In this document: positions 26,883 to 31,775 of the stretch, in pieces
How the letters are laid out: each line of letters starts with the position of its first letter
Position numbering within the stretch: the stretch's first letter is position 1
From: Armatimonadota bacterium
GTDB taxonomy: Bacteria; Armatimonadota; Fimbriimonadia; Fimbriimonadales; ATM1
Assembly (NCBI GenBank): GCA_003695835.1
Contig: RFHN01000150.1
Location: 1 to 31,775 of the forward strand
Direction of reading: 5' to 3'
DNA length: 31,775 nucleotides
Notes under the pieces: model-generated
Told to the model about the DNA's origin: nothing
Seen by the model: the letters and a program-made list of their open reading frames with translations, nothing else
Databases searched by the model: none
Position numbers and translations under genes: made by a program

Positions 26883-29033
26883 TCAGCGTTGCGTACCGCC
26901 GCCGCCCCCGCCGCCTCTGCCTTGGCCCATCTGGCCTGCTCGGCGCTGGGCGTTGCGAATCTGCTCCTGAAGTTCAGGCCGAAGCCTATCGAGCGGGCCA
27001 TATTCCACCTTCGGGTCGGCGAGCCCGCCGCCGGCGTTGACCGTGTAGATTTCGTTCGGCGAGAGAGCGATCCGGAAGCGATACTGCTCCAGCACGGCTT
27101 CCTTGTATGCGATCTGAATGTCCGGTCCACCCTGGCCCATGAATCCCAGCGCCATCCCGACGCCTTCGGGGGAGGTCACCATGGGTAACGTGAAGCCGTC
27201 TGCCTGAAGTCGAGCGGCAACTCCGGGTACCTGGCCCACCTCCAAGAAGATTTGCGTTCCCGGCGGAACGCCGTTCGGGAACCGCTGGGAGAACTCGCTG
27301 TCCGATCTCGAGTCTCCTCGGCCTCCGACGATCATCGCGAGAGACTGCAGAGCGGAGGCGGTGTCGGCATACGTCGTCAAAGACACGGAAGGTTGCTCGG
27401 TCAGGAAGAGAAACTGCTCAAGGGGCGTCTTGCTGCCCGGAGGCAGAGTGCCATATGTGAGCGGGTTGCCCGCCTTGAGGCTCTCCTTCAGCGTGAACGG
27501 AAGGCCATCGTAAAATCGGCAGAAGGCGGCAGCGGCCCGACTCGGCCCGCCATCGCCGAACATCATGCCGGACATGCTCATCCCCGCAAACGCCGTCACC
27601 GGCGAGTCGAGTTGGAGAGGCGTGAGCTTCGCAAGGAACGACGCCAGAACCTCGAATCGCAGGCCGCCCATCTTGGCGCGCTCCTCGAGCACCGGTCGCA
27701 ACAGCGAGCGCGGCACTGTGCCCGCTCGCTTGATCGGATAGTTCCGCGAGCGGATCCTAACCCACCCGTTGTCGTAGCTCCATTCCGCATCTTTCGCCTG
27801 AGCAAGCGCGTGAATCATGCCTGCGGGCGTTTCGGCTGCGATGTTCCCTTGCCCAAGACCAAGCCCAGCAAGATCGGCGTCATAAAGGTCGGAAATGAGC
27901 GATACTCTCGCCTCCTTCCCTATGTCCACCAGGACCCGACCGATCGGTTGCAGGGGATCCACCGTACCGGACATCACGTCCGAGAAGAGTTCGCCGGCGG
28001 ACGTCATATCTCCGCCCCGCGTAGCGAGGACGAGTTGCTTTACCGACGCAGGCGGCGTCCAGTTTCGCGTAAGCTGCTCGGGCAGGTTCTGGGGCACCGG
28101 CGTTGGGGGTACCTCCTGCTGCCTTCGATCGAGCGCGCCCATCAGGCCTGCGAACGCGTTGCTGGATTCGTGCAGCACAACGCCATCGCCGAGGACGTCA
28201 ATGCGGACGTTGGCTGATCCCGCGAGGCCAGCAAGCGCGAACACCCCGCGAGTCGGACGACGGACCACAAACCGGATCGCCGTGATCTGACGCGGATCGA
28301 ACTCTGGATACTTTGCCCGCAAAGTATCCGCGATGGAATTCAGGAACGCCGGAATCCCTTGCGAGACTCCGTTCGGGAGTCGGCGCTGCAAGCGAGTGGG
28401 GTTGGTCGAAAAAACGATCTTTCCGATGTTCTCCAACTCGAGAAAATCGCGATCCGAGAGATTGGCAAGAAGCAGGTCGGGCAACGTTGTCTCTTCGTCG
28501 AGCAATTGGCTCAACTCGGCAATCCGCCTCATAATCTCCGTGGAGCGCGCGGGGTCCGATTGCCCGACCTGGCGCATCTCTTCTCCCAGCGCTTGTAGCT
28601 CCTTTTGCGCCGCCTCGCGATCCAAAGACTGAGCCTTCTTGAGTCGCTCCCTCGCCTCCTCACGCGCCGTGCGGTATGCAGCAAAGATGGCATCCTGCAG
28701 TTCCTGACTCTCCTTCCGACTCGCATCTTTCGGCTGCTCGAGCCGATAGCCAGAGTCAGACGAAACCCACTGCCACCCAAAGTGCTGCGCCAGCATCGTC
28801 AGAACCTCCGATGCCGGTCGCTCCTTCGCATACAGCGAGACCAAGTCTTCCTGAAGCTCGGGCTGGACGCGAAGCGCAACTCCACTCTGTTTCGAGAGGG
28901 ACGCCACGACCTCCTTCATCGAAGCGATGGGAAGCTCGACCGTCACCGGCGTATTCAGCCGCGCGTCGGCGGAGAGGTCCGCTGGCGCTGCGCCTTGAAC
29001 GAGGACGAGGGCGATGCTCAACAAGCTCAACAT
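26883..29033 (-). CDS. Large secreted hypothetical protein with STN-like N-terminal domain (716 aa)
   Basis: SD AGGAG before ATG 29033; signal peptide; 'RLNTPVTVELPIASMKEVVASLSKQSGVALRV..DLVSLYAKERPASEVL' resembles the secretin/TonB short N-terminal fold; coiled-coil region; Gly-rich tail. Confidence 0.7.
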   Translation of the reverse strand: MLSLLSIALVLVQGAAPADLSADARLNTPVTVELPIASMKEVVASLSKQSGVALRVQPELQEDLVSLYAKERPASEVLTMLAQHFGWQWVSSDSGYRLEQPKDASRKESQELQDAIFAAYRTAREEARERLKKAQSLDREAAQKELQALGEEMRQVGQSDPARSTEIMRRIAELSQLLDEETTLPDLLLANLSDRDFLELENIGKIVFSTNPTRLQRRLPNGVSQGIPAFLNSIADTLRAKYPEFDPRQITAIRFVVRRPTRGVFALAGLAGSANVRIDVLGDGVVLHESSNAFAGLMGALDRRQQEVPPTPVPQNLPEQLTRNWTPPASVKQLVLATRGGDMTSAGELFSDVMSGTVDPLQPIGRVLVDIGKEARVSLISDLYDADLAGLGLGQGNIAAETPAGMIHALAQAKDAEWSYDNGWVRIRSRNYPIKRAGTVPRSLLRPVLEERAKMGGLRFEVLASFLAKLTPLQLDSPVTAFAGMSMSGMMFGDGGPSRAAAAFCRFYDGLPFTLKESLKAGNPLTYGTLPPGSKTPLEQFLFLTEQPSVSLTTYADTASALQSLAMIVGGRGDSRSDSEFSQRFPNGVPPGTQIFLEVGQVPGVAARLQADGFTLPMVTSPEGVGMALGFMGQGGPDIQIAYKEAVLEQYRFRIALSPNEIYTVNAGGGLADPKVEYGPLDRLRPELQEQIRNAQRRAGQMGQGRGGGGGGGTQR

Positions 29034-29098
29034 GATGTTTCTCCTGATACGGTTCCTAACTATTGTGGCACACAATATAGGTTGCGTGGGTGCGCCTG

Positions 29099-29554
29099 TC
29101 AGGCCTTCCGTGTGTTCCGAAGCGCCCGCTTCAGCAGATTCATCTGCCCGATATGATACGAGGCGTGAATCGCGATCCGGAGCAGGACTTCCGCAGCCTT
29201 CTCGTCGCTCTCACAACGGTGGGAAGCGAACTCCTCGCCTGCGAGCGCCCTGGCGCGCCGGAGACCTTCTACGAACCTCTTCCTCAAGGCAGGGTACTCC
29301 GAAGCATCCGGACGCCTCCAGTCGGTCCGCCAGACCTCTTGGATCGGCGGATTCGGTTTCCCTTCGAGTTGGTTGAGCCAAAGATCCTGCCAGTGGACCG
29401 CGTGGGCCAGATTGACGAGTAGCGAGTACGGCAACGGTGGGAGCTCGGCCTCGGCGTCCTCCCGTTTGACTCGCAAGACGCCTTCCGCCGTTGGGATGTC
29501 CTTCCCTTCGAGGATTTGGTCAAAGAGCTGTACTAACACGGGCGAAGGCGCCAT
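29099..29554 (-). CDS. DinB/YfiT-like putative metalloenzyme
   Basis: 'LVNLAHAVHWQDLW' and 'IAIHASYHIGQMNLLKR' (His triad pattern); 151 aa. Confidence 0.85.
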   Translation of the reverse strand: MAPSPVLVQLFDQILEGKDIPTAEGVLRVKREDAEAELPPLPYSLLVNLAHAVHWQDLWLNQLEGKPNPPIQEVWRTDWRRPDASEYPALRKRFVEGLRRARALAGEEFASHRCESDEKAAEVLLRIAIHASYHIGQMNLLKRALRNTRKA

Positions 29555-29591
29555 ACCACCCGTTCTACCTCATGGGTCGCTCTCGCGAGGC

Positions 29592-30818
29592 CTACTCGGG
29601 CAGCTCGAAGTTCTCGATCTCCGCTTTCACATCGTTGAGGAAGTTCGCAGCGCCCACACCGTTGATCACGCGGTGGTCGAACGTCAGCGACAACATCACC
29701 ATTTGTCGAAAATCGAAGCCGCCCATCTTCGGGACGGGCTTGTAGAACGCCTCGCCAAGGAACAGCGTCGCCACCGCCGGCGACACCACGACGGGCACAG
29801 CATTTCGGAGACCGAACGCGCTCATGTTCGTGATCGAGAGCGTCGTTGCTTCCGTCGCTTGATCCTTCCCATTGCGCGCAAGCTCAATCTGTTGGCGCGC
29901 AGCTTCAGCGAACTCGCGCCACGACATCGAGTCCGCGTTCGGCACCATGGCGGTCACCAGCTCGTCGCCCGGAAGCGCAACCGCGATTCCGAGGTGAACG
30001 CCCTTATACGTGCGCAGCGTCTTGCCGTCGGAGCTGATCGCACTGCGAAACTTCGGATGGCGCTTCATCGCTTGGACGACACACCACGCCATCATCGTGA
30101 ACGCGCTCGGCTTGAAATCGTCGGGAGAGGCCTTCACGCGCTCTCGCGCCTCGGCGATCGCCTCCCAGCACGCCTCTACCATGATCGTGCCCGGAACGCA
30201 GAGTTGCGCCCCGCGCGCGAGTCGGTATGAGAGCGTCTGCTGTCGCTGAGAAATCTCGACCTCTTCGTATTCCGCGGTCGTCTTCAGGACCTTCGGCGGT
30301 GGTGCAGCGGCGGGAGTCGCCGACGCGCCGCCGTCGCCTTGTGCCGCAAGCCACGCATCCACGTCCTCCGGCATGAGCTTCTTTCCGCGCGCGGGAATCT
30401 CCGCGGCACGATCCAGAAGGCCTTTTTCCTTTAGGTACCGACGCGTGCGCGGAGGAATCTCTGCGTTCGTCACTTTGCGCGGTTCTGCCACGGCAACAGC
30501 TGCTGGCTCCGCTACCGTCTGCTTCGGCTCCTCTTTCGGTGGCGGGCCGTGACCCGCCGGCATCTCCTTGACGCCTTCCGCGACCTCCATCTTCGCGATC
30601 TCCGATCCGATCGGAAGGACGTCTCCCTCCTTCGCCGTCCACTCCACCAACACGCCGTCGTATGGGGATTCGATGTCAAGCAGCGCCTTATCCGTCTCCA
30701 TCTGATAAATCGGCTCGTCGCGCTTGATCTGGTCCCCCGGCTTCTTGAGGAAAGCAACCACGCGGGCTTCTTGAAGCCCCTCTCCCATTTGCGGAATCCG
30801 TACGGCAATGACCGGCAT
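29592..30818 (-). CDS. 2-oxoacid dehydrogenase E2 (dihydrolipoamide acyltransferase)
   Basis: Lipoyl domain 'METDKALLDIESP'; divergent subunit-binding domain; catalytic domain 'LSLTFDHRVING'. Confidence 0.9.
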   Translation of the reverse strand: MPVIAVRIPQMGEGLQEARVVAFLKKPGDQIKRDEPIYQMETDKALLDIESPYDGVLVEWTAKEGDVLPIGSEIAKMEVAEGVKEMPAGHGPPPKEEPKQTVAEPAAVAVAEPRKVTNAEIPPRTRRYLKEKGLLDRAAEIPARGKKLMPEDVDAWLAAQGDGGASATPAAAPPPKVLKTTAEYEEVEISQRQQTLSYRLARGAQLCVPGTIMVEACWEAIAEARERVKASPDDFKPSAFTMMAWCVVQAMKRHPKFRSAISSDGKTLRTYKGVHLGIAVALPGDELVTAMVPNADSMSWREFAEAARQQIELARNGKDQATEATTLSITNMSAFGLRNAVPVVVSPAVATLFLGEAFYKPVPKMGGFDFRQMVMLSLTFDHRVINGVGAANFLNDVKAEIENFELPE

Positions 30819-30881
30819 CTCGGTGCGATTCTATCCGATGCAGCCACTCGGTTTCTGGGCGAGGTACGCTCCTCTGAGCCG

Positions 30882-31775
30882 ATGAAACCGCTCGCGTTAG
30901 CCTCCATTCAGGTCGAGGATCCGTTCTGGGCGCCGCGCCAGCAGGCGCTCGTCGAGACGACGATTCCCTTGCTGTTTGAGCGACTCGAAGAGGCGGGAAA
31001 TCTGGAGAACTTTCGACTCGCCGCTGCCCGCAAAACGAAGGGGTACCGCGGCCCGATCTACATGGATTCCGACCTTTACAAGGCTGTCGAAGCAGCCGCG
31101 CTCACGCTCCAATGGCATCCCGAGGCTCCCTGGCGCGCTGCCCTCGAAGATACGATCGCCCTCATAGAACAAGCTCAGTGGGAGGACGGTTACATCAATA
31201 CATGGTACAGCGTGCACCGAGAGCAGGAACGCTATTCCAACCTCCGCGACGCCCACGAACTCTACTGCATGGGCCACCTCATCGAGGCAGCACTCGCTCA
31301 CGCCGCAGTGGACGCGGAAAGCCGCCTCATGGCAGTAGCTCGCCGGACCGTCGCTCACCTCGTTGATCGTTTTCTGATCGAAAACCGCCCCGGATACCCC
31401 GGTCACCCCGAAATCGAATTGGCGCTGTTGGCTTATGCGGAAGCGACGGGGGACGATGCAGCGCTCGATCTCGCAAGAACATTCCTGGAGCGACGCGGAT
31501 CCCACTTCTTCGCTCGCGAACACGGAACCGCAGACGAAGAGTACGACGGAACCTACTGGCTGGACCGCGTTCCAATCCGCCAGCTCGAGAACCTCGAAGG
31601 CCATGCCGTCCGAGCGATGTATCTTATGTCTGCCGTTACCGATCTTGCCAGGCTAACCAACGATGCCACCTGGGCCGAGTGCGCGATACGACTGTGGGAC
31701 CGAGTCATCGCGACGCGTCAGTACATCACCGGAGGCTTTGGCTCGACCGCTCGCAACGAAGGCTTTACACAAGAC
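30882..31775 (+). CDS. Glycoside hydrolase family 127 (beta-L-arabinofuranosidase-like), partial, runs off the right edge
   Basis: Manual translation from ATG 30882: 'DSDLYKAVEAA', 'DGYINT', 'HELYCMGHLIEAA', 'YPGHPEIELAL', 'EGHAVRAMYL', 'YITGGFGS..NEGFT'. Confidence 0.9.
   Translation, partial: MKPLALASIQVEDPFWAPRQQALVETTIPLLFERLEEAGNLENFRLAAARKTKGYRGPIYMDSDLYKAVEAAALTLQWHPEAPWRAALEDTIALIEQAQWEDGYINTWYSVHREQERYSNLRDAHELYCMGHLIEAALAHAAVDAESRLMAVARRTVAHLVDRFLIENRPGYPGHPEIELALLAYAEATGDDAALDLARTFLERRGSHFFAREHGTADEEYDGTYWLDRVPIRQLENLEGHAVRAMYLMSAVTDLARLTNDATWAECAIRLWDRVIATRQYITGGFGSTARNEGFTQD

Noticed and set aside
29640-29680. E2 catalytic motif DHRVING instead of DHRxxDG
   Set aside because: Asn at this position is a known natural variant (Azotobacter vinelandii E2p), so it is not evidence of inactivation.
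27252-30230. Plus-strand ORFs 27252-28217 and 29373-30230
   Set aside because: Shadows of minus-strand genes with better signals (SD, signal peptide, catalytic motifs).

Overview
GC-rich chromosomal window with no rRNA, tRNA, CRISPR array or transposase. The gene content is consistent with an Armatimonadota (Fimbriimonadia-like) bacterium; this is an inference. From left to right: an accessory module (ECF-like sigma factor, redoxin-like membrane protein, prepilin-type genes) carrying a 225-bp-offset duplication scar; a GH20 hexosaminidase; an isolated Mu gp29/DUF935-type phage portal gene; two hypothetical genes; aroF-hisC; a stand-alone fliK-flgD-TIGR02530-flgE flagellar hook unit; mqnE; uvrA-membrane protein-ribF-NTF2-like-M29 aminopeptidase; a CRTAC1/FG-GAP-ASPIC-TlpA-TPR lipoprotein locus; DUF4139; moeB and maf; a large secreted protein; dinB-family; a 2-oxoacid dehydrogenase E2; and a partial GH127. 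The strongest signal is a single in-frame UGA (21738-21740, minus strand) splitting what looks like one 1251-aa lipoprotein. It is followed 11 nt later by a 7-bp GC hairpin with a G-first loop, which matches bacterial SECIS geometry and makes the gene a candidate selenoprotein or programmed readthrough. Other notable signals are the orphan portal gene, the collapsed prepilin cassette, widespread leaderless promoters, an anti-SD leader before flgE, and a DAHP synthase lacking the Arg of its KPR motif.
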